Shown here in pieces: positions 15,001 through 30,000 of a DNA stretch of 55,416 nucleotides. Source of the stretch: Cyanophora paradoxa CCMP329 (lineage: Eukaryota; Plantae; Glaucophyta); assembly GCA_004431415.1 (NCBI GenBank), contig QPMI01000688.1:1-55416 (forward strand). The letters are read 5' to 3'. The notes beneath the pieces were generated by a model, which saw only the letters and a list, made by a program, of their open reading frames with translations, had not been told where the DNA came from and ran no database searches. The position numbers were made by a program, and so were the translations under genes. Within the stretch, counting starts at the first letter, position 1. The number at the start of each line of letters is the position of its first letter.

Positions 15001-18000
15001 GGGCCGCTGGAGGTGAGCTGCTCCGGGCCGGCGTGACGGGACGGGCTCCTGGCGAGCGCAACGATCACGGCTGGGGCGACGAGCGCAACGTGACCGTCTT
15101 GGGGCTCCCGAGATGGGCGCGTCGTACACGATCAGTGCAGCGGGGCCAATTGACGGCGTACGCGGGGACGTGACGGGCGCGGCGCCTGACTTCACACCGG
15201 GCGCCGCGTCAAGCAGATGAGCAGACTCGTCGACGGCAGCATCGCTGTTCGGTGCGCGCGGCGGCGGGCGGGGTGGAGCCGCGGGGCGGCCGCGTCGCGC
15301 TGGGCCTGACGCTGCTCGCAGCAAGTCGGTGGGGCCGCCGTCGGTGACGGTCTCGTCGAGCGGGGCGGACGCTGTTTTGGCGCGGTGTCCTGAATACGAC
15401 GGGGGCGTGGGCACGGAGCGGCGTACGCGAACGTGACCGTGAGCTGCTCGAGCAACGGCGTGGCGGACTCGGCCTCGAACGCGACAGTGGCCTCGGAGAC
15501 GGGGACGGGCTCGGCCACGGTGCTGGTCAGCGCGGGCTCCGGGAGGTGGCAGGTGCAGTCGCACGTGACGAGCTGCGCGGCGACGGTGTACTACTCGTAC
15601 TGGGGGTGGCGTCGAGCGCCACGGCGTACTCGACGGGTGCGTGGGCCAGGCAGACACTTTTTCGCGGTCTGGGATGGAGGCTGACGCGGGCGTGGGCGCA
15701 GTGCACGCAAAGACGGTGGAGAACGTGACGGTGGGGACGCCGATCCCGCAGTCGACGACGTCGGTGACGGTGCCGTGAGCTGGGCGCTCTCGGCGGTGGG
15801 GTACAAGCGGGGACAACGTGCGCGACGTACGGGCCGCTGGAGGTGAGCTGCTCCGGGGCCGGCGTGACGCGGACGGGCTCCCTGCGAGCGGCACGATCAC
15901 GGCTGTGGGCGACGAGCGCCACGTGACCGTCTTGGGGCTCCCCGAGATGGGCGCGTCGTACACGATCACGTGCAGCGGGGCCAATCTGACGGCGTACGCG
16001 GGACCGTGAGCGGGCCGGCGCTGACTTCACACCGGGCGCCGCGTCAAGCACGATGAGCAGAACTCGTCGACGGCAGCATCGCTGTTCGGTGCGCGGGGGG
16101 CGGGGCGCGGGGTGGAGCGCGCGGGGCGGCGCGTCGCGCTGGGCCTGACGCCTGCTCGCAGCCAAGTCGGTGGGCCCGGCCGTCGGTGACGGTCTCGTCG
16201 AGCGGGGCGGACGCTGTTTGGCGGCGGTGTCCTGGAATACGACGGGGGCTTCGGCACGGAGCCGGCGTACGCGAACGTGACCGTGACTGCTCGAGCAACG
16301 GCGTGGCGGACTCGGCCGCGAAACGCGACAGTGGCCTCGGACGGGGACGGGCTCGCCACGGTGCTGGTCAGCGCGGGCTCCGGGAGGTGGCAGGTGCAGT
16401 CGCACGTGACGAGCTGCGCGGCGACGGTGTACTACTCGTACCTGGGGTGGCGTCGAGCGCCACGGGCGTACTCGACGGGTGCGTGGGCGACGGCAGACAC
16501 TTTTTCGCGGGTCCTGGGATGGAGGCTGACGCGGGGCGTGGGGCGCAGTGCACGCAAAGACGGTGGAGAACGTGACGGTGGGGACGCCGATCCGCAGTCG
16601 ACGACGTCGGTGACGGTGCCCGTGAGCTGGGCGCTCTCGGCGGTGGGGTACAGCGGGGACAACGTGGCGCCGACGTACGGGCCGCTGGAGGTGAGCTGCT
16701 CCGGGGCCGGCGTGACGCGGACGGGCTCCCTGGCGAGCGGCACGATCACGGCTGGGGCGACGAGCGCCAACGTGACCGTCTTGGGGCTCCCCGAGATGGG
16801 CGCGTCGTACACGATCACGTGCAGCGGGGCCAATCTGACGGCGTACGCGGGGACCGTGACGGGCGCGGCGCCTGACTTCACACCGGGCGCCGCGTCAAGC
16901 ACGATGAGCACGAACTCGTCGACGGCAGCATCGCTGTTCGGTGCGCGGGGGCGGGGCGCGGGGTGGAGCCGCGGGGCGGCCGCGTCGCGCTGGGCCCTGA
17001 CGCCTGCTCGCAGCCAAGTCGGTGGGGCCGCCGTCGGTGACGGTCTCGTCGAGCGGGGCGGACGCTGTTTTGGCGGCGGTGTCCTGGAATACGACGGGGG
17101 CGTCGGGCACGGAGCCGGCGTACGCGAACGTGACCGTGAGCTGCTCGAGCAACGGCGTGGCGGACTCGGCCTCGAACGCGACAGTGGCCTCGGAGACGGG
17201 GACGGGCTCGGCCACGGTGCTGGTCAGCGCGGGCTCCGGGAGGTGGCAGGTGCAGTCGCACGTGACGAGCTGCGCGGCGACGGTGTACTACTCGTACCTG
17301 GGGGTGGCGTCGAGCGCCACGGCGTACTCGACGGGTGCGTGGGGCCACGGCAGACACTTTTTCGCGGGTCCTGGGATGGAGGCTGACGCGGGGCGTGGGG
17401 CGCAGTGCACGCAAAGACGGTGGAGAACGTGACGGTGGGGACGCCGATCCCGCAGTCGACGACGTCGGTGACGGTGCCCGTGAGCTGGGCGCTCTCGGCG
17501 GTGGGGTACAGCGGGGACACCGTGGCGCCGACGTACGGGCCGCTGGAGGTGAGCTGCTCCGGGGCCGGCGTGACGCGGACGGGCTCCCTGGCGAGCGGCA
17601 CGATCACGGTGGGGCGACGAGCGCAGCGTGACGTCTTGGGGCTCCCCGAGATGGGCGCGTCGTACACGATCACGTGCAGCGGGGCAATCTGACGGCGTAC
17701 GCGGGACGTGTACGGGCGCGGCGCCTGACTTCACACCGGGCGCCGCGTCAAGCACGATGAGACACGAAACTCCGTCGCGACCGGCCAGCATCGCTGTGTT
17801 TCGGGCGCGGGGGCGGAGGCGCGGGGAGTGGAGCGCGGGGCGGCCGCGTCGCGCTGGCCTGAGCCTGCTCGCAGCCAAGTTCGGTGGGGCCGCCGTCGGT
17901 GACGGTCTCGTCGAGCGGGCGCGGACGCTGTTTTGGCGGCGGTGTCCTGGAATACGACGGGCTGGAGGACATCGGGACGGAGCCGGCGTACGCGAACGTG

Positions 18001-21000
18001 ACCGTGAGCTGCTCGAGCACGGCGTGGCGGACTCGGCCTCGAACGCGACAGTGGCCTCGGAGACGGGGACGGGCTCGGCCACGGTGCTGGTCAGCGCGGG
18101 CTCCGGGAGGTGGCAGGTGCAGTCGCACGTGACGAGCTGCGCGGCGACGGTGTACTACTCGTACCTGGGGTGGCGTCGAGCGCCACGGCGTACTCGACGG
18201 GTGCGTGGGGCCACGGCAGACACTTTTTCGCGGGTCCTGGGATGGAGGCTGACGCGGGGCGTGGGGCGCAGTGCACGCAAAGACGGTGGAGAAGTGACGG
18301 TGGGGACGCCGATCCCGCAGTCGACGACGTCGGTGACGGTGCCCGTGGCTGGGCGTCTCCGGGGTGGGGTACAGCGGGGACACGTGGCGCCCGACCGTAC
18401 GGGCCGCTGGAGGTGAGCTGCTCCGGGGCCGGCGTGACGCGGACGGGCTCCCTGGCGAGCGGCACGATCACGGCTGGGGCGACGAGCGCCGACCGTGACT
18501 GTTTGGGGCTCCCCGAGCATATGGGCGTCGTACACGATCACGTGCAGCGGGGCCATCTGACGGCGTACGCGGGGACCGGTGACGGGCGCGGCGCCTGACT
18601 TCACACCGGCGCCGCGTCAAGCACGATGAGCACGAACTCGTCGACGGCAGCATCGCTGTTCCGGTGCGCGGCGGGCGGGCGCGGGGTGGAGCCGCGGGGC
18701 GCCGCGTCGCGCTGGCCCTGACGCCTGCTCCCGCCCAAGTCGGTGGGGCGCCGCGGTGCGGTCTCGTCGACGGCGGCGGACGCTGTTTGTTGGCGCGGTG
18801 TCCTGGAATACGACGGGGGCGTCGGGCACGGAGCCGGAAGCGCGAGCTGACCGTGAGCTGCTCGAGCACGGCGTGGCGGACTCGGCCTCGAACGCGACAG
18901 TGGCCTCGGAGACGGGACGGGCTCGGCCACGGTGCTGGTCAGCGCGGGCTCCGGGAGGTGGCAGGTGCAGTCGCACGTGACGAGCTGCGCGGCGACGGTG
19001 TACTACTCGTACCTGGGGGTGGCGTCGAGCGCCACGGCGTACTCGACGGGTGCGTGGGGCCACGGCAGACACTTTTTGCGGGTCCTGGATGGAGGCTGAC
19101 GCGGGGCGTGGGGCGCAGTGCACGCAAAGACGGTGGAGGAACGTGACGGTGGGGACGCCGATCCGCAGTCGACGACGTCGGTGACTGGTGCCCGTGAGCT
19201 GGGCGCTCTCGGCGTGGGGTACAGCGGGGACAACGTGGCGCCGACGTACGGGCCGCTGGAGGTGAGCTGCTCCGGGGCCGGCGTGACGCGGACGGGCTCC
19301 CTGGCGAGCGGCACGATCACGGCTGGGCGACGAGCGCCAACGTGACCGTCTTGGGGCTCCGAGATGGGCGCGTCGTACACGATCACGTGCAGCGGGGCCA
19401 ATCTGACGGCGTACGCGGGGACCGTGACGGGCGCGGCGCCTGACTTCACACCGGGCGCCGCGTCAAGCACGATGAGCACGAACTCGTCGACGGAGCATCG
19501 CTGTTCGTGCGCGGGGGCGGGGCGCGGGGTGGAGCCGCGGGGCGGCCGCGTCGCGCTGGGCCCTGACGCCTGCTCGCAGCCAAGTCGGTGGGGCCGCCGT
19601 CGGTGACGGTCTCGTCGAGCGGGGCGGACGCTGTTTTGGCGGCGGTGTCCTGGAATACGACGGGGGCGTCGGGCACGGAGCCGGCGTACGCGAACGTGAC
19701 CGTGAGCTGCTCGAGCAACGGCGTGGCGGACTCGGCCTCGAACGCGACAGTGGCCTCGGAGACGGGGACGGGCTCGGCCACGGTGCTGGTCAGCGCGGGC
19801 TCCGGGAGGTGGCAGGTGCAGTCGCACGTGACGAGCTGCGCGGCGACGGTGTACTACTCGTACCTGGGGTGGCGTCGAGCGCCAACGGCGTACTCGACGG
19901 GTGCGTGGGGCCACGGCAGACACTTTTTCGCGGGTCCTGGGATGGAGGCTGACGCGGGGCGTGGGGCGCAGTGCACGCAAAGACGGTGGAGAACGTGACG
20001 GTGGGGACGCCGATCCCGCAGTCGACGACGTCGGTGACGGTGCCCGTGAGCTGGGCGCTCTCGGCGGTGGGTACAGCGGGGACAACGTGGCGCGACGTAC
20101 GGGCCGCTGGAGGTGAGCTGCTCGGGGCCGGCGTGACGCGGACGGGCTCCCTGGCGAGCGGCACGATCACGGCTGGGGCGACGAGCGCCACGTGACGTCT
20201 TGGGGCTCCCGAGATGGGCGCGTCGTACACGATCACGTGCAGCGGGGCCAATCTGACGGCGTACGCGGGGACCGTGACGGGCGCGGCGCCTGACTTCACA
20301 CCGGGCGCCGGTCAAGCACGATGAGCAGAACTCGTCGACGGCAGCATCGCTGTTCGGTGCGCGGGGGCGGGCGCGGGTGGAGCGCGGGGCGGCCGCGTCG
20401 CGCTGGGCCCTGAGCTGCTCGCAGCAAGTCGTGGGCCGCCGTCGGTGACGGTCTCGTGAGCGGGGCGGACGCTGTTTGGCGGCGGTGTCCTGGAATACGA
20501 CGGGGGCGTCGGCACGGAGCCGGCGTACGCGAAGTGACGTGAGCTGCTCGAGCAACGGCGTGGCGACTCGGCCTCGAACGCGACAGTGGCCTCGGAGACG
20601 GGACGGGCTCGCCACGGTGCTGGTCAGCGCGGGCTCCGGGAGGTGGCAGGTGCAGTCGCACGTGACGAGCTGCGCGGCGACGGTGTACTACTCGTACCTG
20701 GGGGTGGCGTCGAGCGCCACGCGCGTACTCGACGGGTGCGTGGGGCCACGGCAGACACTTTTTGCGGGTCCTGGGATGGAGGCTGACGCGGGCGTGGGGC
20801 GCAGTGCACGCAAAGACGGTGGAGAACGTGACGGTGGGGACGCGATCCGCAGTCGACGACGTCGGTGAGGTGCCCGTGAGCTGGGCGCTCTCGGCGGTGG
20901 GGTACAGCGGGGACACACGTGCCGCGACGTACGGGCGCTGGAGGTGAGCTGCTCCGGGGCCGGCGTGACGCGGACGGGCTCCTGGCGAGCGGCACGATCA

Positions 21001-24000
21001 CGGCTGGGCGACGAGCGCCAACGTGACCGTCTTGGGGCTCCCCGAGATGGCGGTCGTACACGATCACGTGCAGCGGGGCCAATCTGACGCGTAACGCGGG
21101 ACCGTGACGGGCGCGGCGCCTGACTTCACACCGGGCGCCGCGTAAGCACGATGAGCACGAACTCGTCGACGGCAGCATCGCTGTTCGGTGCGCGGGGCGG
21201 GGCGCGGGGTGGAGCGCGGGGCGGCCGCGTCGCGCTGGGCCCTGACGCTGCTCGCAGCAAGTCGGTGGGGCCGCCGTCGGTGACGGTCTCGTCGAGCGGG
21301 GCGGACGCTGTTTTGCGGCGGTGTCCTGGAATACGACGGGGGCTCGGGCACGGAGCCGGCGTACGCGAACGTGACCGTGAGCTGCTCGAGCAACGGCGTG
21401 GCGGACTCGCCTCGAACGCGACAGTGGCCTCGAGACGGGGACGGGCTCGGCCACGGTGCTGGTCAGCGCGGGCTCCGGAGGTGGCAGGTGCAGTCGCACG
21501 TGACGAGCTGCGCGGCGACGGTGTACTACTCGTACCTGGGGGTGGCGTCGAGCGCCACGGCGTACTCGACGGGTGCGTGGGCCACGGCAGACACTTTTTG
21601 CGGGTCCTGGATGGAGGCTGACGCGGGGCGTGGGCGCAGTGCACGCAAAGACGGTGGAGAACGTGACGGTGGGACGCCGATCCCGCAGTCGACGACGTCG
21701 GTGACGGTGCCCGTGAGCTGGGCGCTCTCGGCGGTGGGGTACAGCGGGACAACGTGCGCCGACGTACGGGCCGCTGGAGTGAGCTGCTCCGGGGCGGCGT
21801 GACGCGGACGGGCTCCCTGGCGAGCGGCACGATCACGGCTGGGGCGACGAGCGCCACGTGACCGTCTTGGGGCTCCCCGAGATGGGCGCGTCGTACACGA
21901 TCACGTGCAGCGGGGCCAATCTGACGGCGTACGCGGGACCGTGACGGGCGCGGCGCCTGACTTCACACGGGCGCCGCGTCAAGCACGATGAGCAGAACTC
22001 GTCGACGCAGCATCGCTGTTCGGTGCGCGGGGCGGGGCGCGGGTGGAGCCGCGGGGCGCCGCGTCGCGCTGGCCCTGACGCCTGCTCGCAGCCAAGTCGG
22101 TGGGCCGCGTCGGTGACGGTCTCGTCGAGCGGGGCGGACGCTGTTTTGGCGGCGGTGTCCTGGAATACGACGGGGGCGTCGGGCACGGAGCCGGCGTACG
22201 CGAACGTGACCGTGAGCTGCTCGAGCAACGGCGTGGCGGACTCGGCCTCGAACGCGACAGTGGCCTCGGAGACGGGGACGGGCTCGGCCACGGTGCTGGT
22301 CAGCGCGGGCTCCGGGAGGTGGCAGGTGCAGTCGCACGTGACGAGCTGCGCGGCGACGGTGTACTACTCGTACCTGGGGGTGGCGTCGAGCGCCACGGCG
22401 TACTCGACGGGTGCGTGGGCCACGGCAGACACTTTTTCGCGGGTCCTGGGATGGAGGCTGACGCGGGGCGTGGGGCGCAGTGCACGCAAAGACGGTGGAG
22501 AACGTGACGGTGGGGACGCCGATCCGCAGTCGACGACGTCGGTGACGGTGCCCGTGAGCTGGGCGCTCTCGGCGGTGGGTACAGCGGGGACAACGTGGCG
22601 CGACGTACGGGCCGCTGGAGGTGAGCTGCTCCGGGGCCGGCGTGACGCGGACGGGCTCCTGGCGAGCGGCACGATCACGGCTGGGGCGACGAGCGCCAAC
22701 GTGACCGTCTTGGGCTCCCCGAGATGGGCGCGTCGTACACGATCACGTGCAGCGGGGCCAATCTGACGGCGTACGCGGGGACCGTGACGGGCGCGGCGCC
22801 TGACTTCACACCGGGCGCCGCGTCAAGCACGATGAGCACGAACTCGTCGACGGCAGCATCGCTGTTCGGTGCGCGGGCGGGGCGCGGGGTGGAGCCGCGG
22901 GGCGGCCGCGTCGCGCTGGGCCCTGACGCCTGCTCGCAGCCAAGTCGGTGGGGCCGCCGTCGGTGACGGTCTCGTCGAGCGGGGCGGACGCTGTTTTGGC
23001 GGCGGTGTCCTGGAATACGACGGGGGCGTCGGGCACGGAGCCGGCGTACGCGAACGTGACCGTGAGCTGCTCGAGCAACGGCGTGGCGGACTCGGCCTCG
23101 AACGCGACAGTGGCCTCGGAGACGGGGACGGGCTCGGCCACGGTGCTGGTCAGCGCGGGCTCCGGGAGGTGGCAGGTGCAGTCGCACGTGACGAGCTGCG
23201 CGGCGACGGTGTACTACTCGTACCTGGGGGTGGCGTCGAGCGCCACGGCGTACTCGACGGGTGCGTGGGGCCACGGCAGACACTTTTTCGCGGGTCCTGG
23301 GATGGAGGCTGACGCGGGGCGTGGGGCGCAGTGCACGCAAAGACGGTGGAGAACGTGACGGTGGGGACGCCGATCCCGCAGTCGACGACGTCGGTGACGG
23401 TGCCCGTGAGCTGGGCGCTCTCGGCGGTGGGGTACAGCGGGGACAACGTGGCGCCGACGTACGGGCCGCTGGAGGTGAGCTGCTCCGGGGCCGGCGTGAC
23501 GCGGACGGGCTCCCTGGCGAGCGGCACGATCACGGCTGGGGCGACGAGCGCCAACGTGACCGTCTTGGGGCTCCCGAGATGGGCGCGTCGTACACGATCA
23601 CGTGCAGCGGGGCCAATCTGACGGCGTACGCGGGGACCGTGACGGGCGCGGCGCCTGACTTCACACCGGGCGCCGCGTCAAGCACGATGAGCACGAACTC
23701 GTCGACGGCAGCATCGCTGTTCGGTGCGCGGGGGCGGGGCGCGGGGTGGAGCCGCGGGGCGGCCGCGTCGCGCTGGGCCCTGACGCCTGCTCGCAGCCAA
23801 GTCGGTGGGGCCGCCGTCGGTGACGGTCTCGTCGAGCGGGGCGGACGCTGTTTTGGCGCGGTGTCCTGGAATACGACGGGGGCGTCGGGCACGGAGCCGG
23901 CGTACGCGAACGTGACCGTGAGCTGCTCGAGCAACGGCGTGGCGGACTCGGCCTCGAACGCGACAGTGGCCTCGGAGACGGGGACGGGCTCGGCCACGGT

Positions 24001-27000
24001 GCTGGTCAGCGCGGGCTCCGGGAGGTGGCAGGTGCAGTCGCACGTGACGAGCTGCGCGGCGACGGTGTACTACTCGTACCTGGGGGTGGCGTCGAGCGCC
24101 ACGGCGTACTCGACGGGTGCGTGGGGCCACGGCAGACACTTTTTCGCGGTCCTGGGATGGAGGCTGACGCGGGGCGTGGGGCGCAGTGCACGCAAAGACG
24201 GTGGAGAACGTGACGGTGGGGACGCCGATCCCGCAGTCGACGACGTCGGTGACGGTGCCCGTGAGCTGGGCGCTCTCGGCGGTGGGTACAGCGGGGACAA
24301 CGTGGCGCCGACGTACGGGCCGCTGGAGGTGAGCTGCTCCGGGGCCGGCGTGACGCGGACGGGCTCCCTGGCGAGCGGCACGATCACGGCTGGGGCGACG
24401 AGCGCCAACGTGACCGTCTTGGGGCTCCCCGAGATGGGCGCGTCGTACACGATCACGTGCAGCGGGGCCAATCTGACGGCGTACGCGGGGACCGTGACGG
24501 GCGCGGCGCCTGACTTCACACCGGGCGCCGCGTCAAGCACGATGAGCACGAACTCGTCGACGGCAGCATCGCTGTTCGGTGCGCGGGGGCGGGGCGCGGG
24601 GTGGAGCCGCGGGGCGGCCGCGTCGCGCTGGGCCCTGACGCCTGCTCGCAGCCAAGTCGGTGGGCCGCCGTCGGTGACGGTCTCGTCGAGCGGGGCGGAC
24701 GCTGTTTTGGCGGCGGTGTCCTGGAATACGACGGGGGCGTCGGGCACGGAGCCGGCGTACGCGAACGTGACCGTGAGCTGCTCGAGCAACGGCGTGGCGG
24801 ACTCGGCCTCGAACGCGACAGTGGCCTCGGAGACGGGGACGGGCTCGGCCACGGTGCTGGTCAGCGCGGGCTCCGGAGGTGGCAGGTGCAGTCGCACGTG
24901 ACGAGCTGCGCGGCGACGGTGTACTACTCGTACCTGGGGTGGCGTCGAGCGCCACGGCGTACTCGACGGGTGCGTGGGGCCACGGCAGACACTTTTTCGC
25001 GGGTCCTGGGATGGAGGCTGACGCGGGGCGTGGGGCGCAGTGCACGCAAAGACGGTGGAGAACGTGACGGTGGGGACGCCGATCCCGCAGTCGACGACGT
25101 CGGTGACGGTGCCCGTGAGCTGGGCGCTCTCGGCGGTGGGTACAGCGGGGACAACGTGGCGCCGACGTACGGGCCGCTGGAGGTGAGCTGCTCCGGGGCC
25201 GGCGTGACGCGGACGGGCTCCCTGGCGAGCGGCACGATCACGGCTGGGGCGACGAGCGCCAACGTGACCGTCTTGGGCTCCCCGAGATGGGCGCGTCGTA
25301 CACGATCACGTGCAGCGGGGCCAATCTGACGGCGTACGCGGGGACCGTGACGGGCGCGGCGCCTGACTTCACACCGGGCGCCGCGTCAAGCACGATGAGC
25401 ACGAACTCGTCGACGGCAGCATCGCTGTTCGGTGCGCGGGGCGGGGCGCGGGGTGGAGCCGCGGGGCGGCCGCGTCGCGCTGGGCCTGACGCCTGCTCGC
25501 AGCCAAGTCGGTGGGGCCGCCGTCGGTGACGGTCTCGTCGAGCGGGGCGGACGCTGTTTTGGCGGCGGTGTCCTGGAATACGACGGGGCGTCGGCACGGA
25601 GCCGGCGTACGCGAACGTGACCGTGAGCTGCTCGAGCAACGGCGTGGCGGACTCGGCCTCGAACGCGACAGTGGCCTCGGAGACGGGACGGGCTCGGCCA
25701 CGGTGCTGGTCAGCGCGGGCTCCGGGAGGTGGCAGGTGCAGTCGCACGTGACGAGCTGCGCGGCGACGGTGTACTACTCGTACCTGGGGGTGGCGTCGAG
25801 CGCCACGGCGTACTCGACGGGTGCGTGGGGCCACGGCAGACACTTTTTTCGCGGGTCCTGGGATGGAGGCTGACGCGGGGCGTGGGGCGCAGTGCACGCA
25901 AAGACGGTGGAGAACGTGACGGTGGGGACGCCGATCCCGCAGTCGACGACGTCGGTGACGGTGCCGTGAGCTGGGCGCTCTCGGCGGTGGGGTACAGCGG
26001 GGACAACGTGGCGCCGACGTACGGGCCGCTGGAGGTGAGCTGCTCCGGGGCCGGCGTGACGCGGACGGGCTCCCTGGCGAGCGGCACGATCACGGCTGGG
26101 GCGACGAGCGCCAACGTGACCGTCTTGGGGCTCCCCGAGATGGGCGCGTCGTACACGATCACGTGCAGCGGGGCCAATCTGACGGCGTACGCGGGGACCG
26201 TGACGGGCGCGGCGCCTGACTTCACACCGGGCGCCGCGTCAAGCACGATGAGCACGAACTCGTCGACGGCAGCATCGCTGTTCGGTGCGCGGGGCGGGGC
26301 GCGGGGTGGAGCCGCGGGGCGGCCGCGTCGCGCTGGGCCTGACGCCTGCTCGCAGCCAAGTCGGTGGGGCCGCCGTCGGTGACGGTCTCGTCGAGCGGGG
26401 CGGACGCTGTTTTGGCGGCGGTGTCCTGGAATACGACGGGGGCGTCGGGCACGGAGCCGGCGTACGCGAACGTGACCGTGAGCTGCTCGAGCAACGGCGT
26501 GGCGGACTCGGCCTCGAACGCGACAGTGGCCTCGGAGACGGGGACGGGCTCGGCCACGGTGCTGGTCAGCGCGGGCTCCGGGAGGTGGCAGGTGCAGTCG
26601 CACGTGACGAGCTGCGCGGCGACGGTGTACTACTCGTACCTGGGGGTGGCGTCGAGCGCCACGGCGTACTCGACGGGTGCGTGGGGCCACGGCAGACACT
26701 TTTTTGCGGGTCCTGGGATGGAGGCTGACGCGGGGCGTGGGGCGCAGTGCACGCAAAGACGGTGGAGAACGTGACGGTGGGGACGCCGATCCCGCAGTCG
26801 ACGACGTCGGTGACGGTGCCCGTGAGCTGGGCGCTCTCGGCGGTGGGGTACAGCGGGGACAACGTGGCGCCGACGTACGGGCCGCTGGAGTGAGCTGCTC
26901 CGGGGCCGGCGTGACGCGGACGGGCTCCCTGGCGAGCGGCACGATCACGGCTGGGGCGACGAGCGCCACGTGACCGTCTTGGGGCTCCCCGAGATGGGCG

Positions 27001-30000
27001 CGTCGTACACGATCACGTGCAGCGGGGCCAATCTGACGGCGTACGCGGGGACCGTGACGGGCGCGGCGCCTGACTTCACACCGGGCGCCGCGTCAAGCAC
27101 GATGAGCACGAACTCGTCGACGGCAGCATCGCTGTTCGGTGCGCGGGGGCGGGGCGCGGGGTGGAGCCGCGGGGCGGCCGCGTCGCGCTGGGCCCTGACG
27201 CCTGCTCGCAGCCAAGTCGGTGGGGCCGCCGTCGGTGACGGTCTCGTCGAGCGGGGCGGACGCTGTTTTGGCGGCGGTGTCCTGGAATACGACGGGGGCG
27301 TCGGGCACGGAGCCGGCGTACGCGAACGTGACCGTGAGCTGCTCGAGCAACGGCGTGGCGGACTCGGCCTCGAACGCGACAGTGGCCTCGGAGACGGGGA
27401 CGGGCTCGGCCACGGTGCTGGTCAGCGCGGGCTCCGGGAGGTGGCAGGTGCAGTCGCACGTGACGAGCTGCGCGGCGACGGTGTACTACTCGTACCTGGG
27501 GGTGGCGTCGAGCGCCACGGCGTACTCGACGGGTGCGTGGGGCCACGGCAGACACTTTTTCGCGGGTCCTGGGATGGAGGCTGACGCGGGGCGTGGGGCG
27601 CAGTGCACGCAAAGACGGTGGAGAACGTGACGGTGGGGACGCCGATCCCGCAGTCGACGACGTCGGTGACGGTGCCCGTGAGCTGGGCGCTCTCGGCGGT
27701 GGGGTACAGCGGGGACAACGTGGCGCCGACGTACGGGCCGCTGGAGGTGAGCTGCTCCGGGGCCGGCGTGACGCGGACGGGCTCCCTGGCGAGCGGCACG
27801 ATCACGGCTGGGGCGACGAGCGCCAACGTGACCGTCTTGGGCTCCCCGAGATGGGCGCGTCGTACACGATCACGTGCAGCGGGGCCAATCTGACGGCGTA
27901 CGCGGGGACCGTGACGGGCGCGGCGCCTGACTTCACACCGGGCGCCGCGTCAAGCACGATGAGCACGAACTCGTCGACGGCAGCATCGCTGTTCGGTGCG
28001 CGGGGGCGGGGCGCGGGGTGGAGCCGCGGGGCGGCGCGTCGCGCTGGGCCCTGACGCCTGCTCGCAGCCAAGTCGGTGGGGCCGCCGTCGGTGACGGTCT
28101 CGTCGAGCGGGGCGGACGCTGTTTTGGCGGCGGTGTCCTGGAATACGACGGGGGCGTCGGGCACGGAGCCGGCGTACGCGAACGTGACCGTGAGCTGCTC
28201 GAGCAACGGCGTGGCGGACTCGGCCTCGAACGCGACAGTGGCCTCGGAGACGGGGACGGGCTCGGCCACGGTGCTGGTCAGCGCGGGCTCCGGGAGGTGG
28301 CAGGTGCAGTCGCACGTGACGAGCTGCGCGGCGACGGTGTACTACTCGTACCTGGGGGTGGCGTCGAGCGCCACGGCGTACTCGACGGGTGCGTGGGGCC
28401 ACGGCAGACACTTTTTCGCGGGTCCTGGGATGGAGGCTGACGCGGGGCGTGGGGCGCAGTGCACGCAAAGACGGTGGAGAACGTGACGGTGGGGACGCCG
28501 ATCCCGCAGTCGACGACGTCGGTGACGGTGCCCGTGAGCTGGGCGCTCTCGGCGGTGGGTACAGCGGGGACAACGTGGCGCCGACGTACGGGCCGCTGGA
28601 GGTGAGCTGCTCCGGGGCCGGCGTGACGCGGACGGGCTCCCTGGCGAGCGGCACGATCACGGCTGGGGCGACGAGCGCCAACGTGACCGTCTTGGGGCTC
28701 CCCGAGATGGGCGCGTCGTACACGATCACGTGCAGCGGGGCCAATCTGACGGCGTACGCGGGGACCGTGACGGGCGCGGCGCCTGACTTCACACCGGGCG
28801 CCGCGTCAAGCACGATGAGCACGAACTCGTCGACGGCAGCATCGCTGTTCGGTGCGCGGGGCGGGGCGCGGGGTGGAGCCGCGGGGCGGCCGCGTCGCGC
28901 TGGGCCTGACGCCTGCTCGCAGCCAAGTCGGTGGGGCCGCCGTCGGTGACGGTCTCGTCGAGCGGGGCGGACGCTGTTTTGGCGGCGGTGTCCTGGAATA
29001 CGACGGGGGCGTCGGGCACGGAGCCGGCGTACGCGAACGTGACCGTGAGCTGCTCGAGCAACGGCGTGGCGGACTCGGCCTCGAACGCGACAGTGGCCTC
29101 GGAGACGGGGACGGGCTCGGCCACGGTGCTGGTCAGCGCGGGCTCCGGGAGGTGGCAGGTGCAGTCGCACGTGACGAGCTGCGCGGCGACGGTGTACTAC
29201 TCGTACCTGGGGTGGCGTCGAGCGCCACGGCGTACTCGACGGGTGCGTGGGCCACGGCAGACACTTTTTCGCGGGTCCTGGGATGGAGGCTGACGCGGGG
29301 CGTGGGGCGCAGTGCACGCAAAGACGGTGGAGAACGTGACGGTGGGGACGCCGATCCCGCAGTCGACGACGTCGGTGACGGTGCCCGTGAGCTGGGCGCT
29401 CTCGGCGGTGGGGTACAGCGGGGACAACGTGGCGCCGACGTACGGGCCGCTGGAGGTGAGCTGCTCCGGGCCGGCGTGACGCGGACGGGCTCCCTGGCGA
29501 GCGGCACGATCACGGCTGGGGCGACGAGCGCCAGCGTGACCGTCTTGGGGCTCCCCGAGATGGGCGCGTCGTACACGATCACGTGCAGCGGGGCCAATCT
29601 GACGGCGTACGCGGGGACCGTGACGGGCGCGGCGCCTGACTTCACACCGGGCGCCGCGTCAAGCACGATGAGCACGAACTCGTCGACGGCAGCATCGCTG
29701 TTCGGTGCGCGGGGCGGGGCGCGGGGTGGAGCCGCGGGGCGGCCGCGTCGCGCTGGGCCCTGACGCCTGCTCGCAGCCAAGTCGGTGGGGCCGCCGTCGG
29801 TGACGGTCTCGTCGAGCGGGGCGGACGCTGTTTTGGCGGCGGTGTCCTGGAATACGACGGGGGCGTCGGGCACGGAGCCGGCGTACGCGAACGTGACCGT
29901 GAGCTGCTCGAGCAACGGCGTGGCGGACTCGGCCTCGAACGCGACAGTGGCCTCGGAGACGGGGACGGGCTCGGCCACGGTGCTGGTCAGCGCGGGCTCC

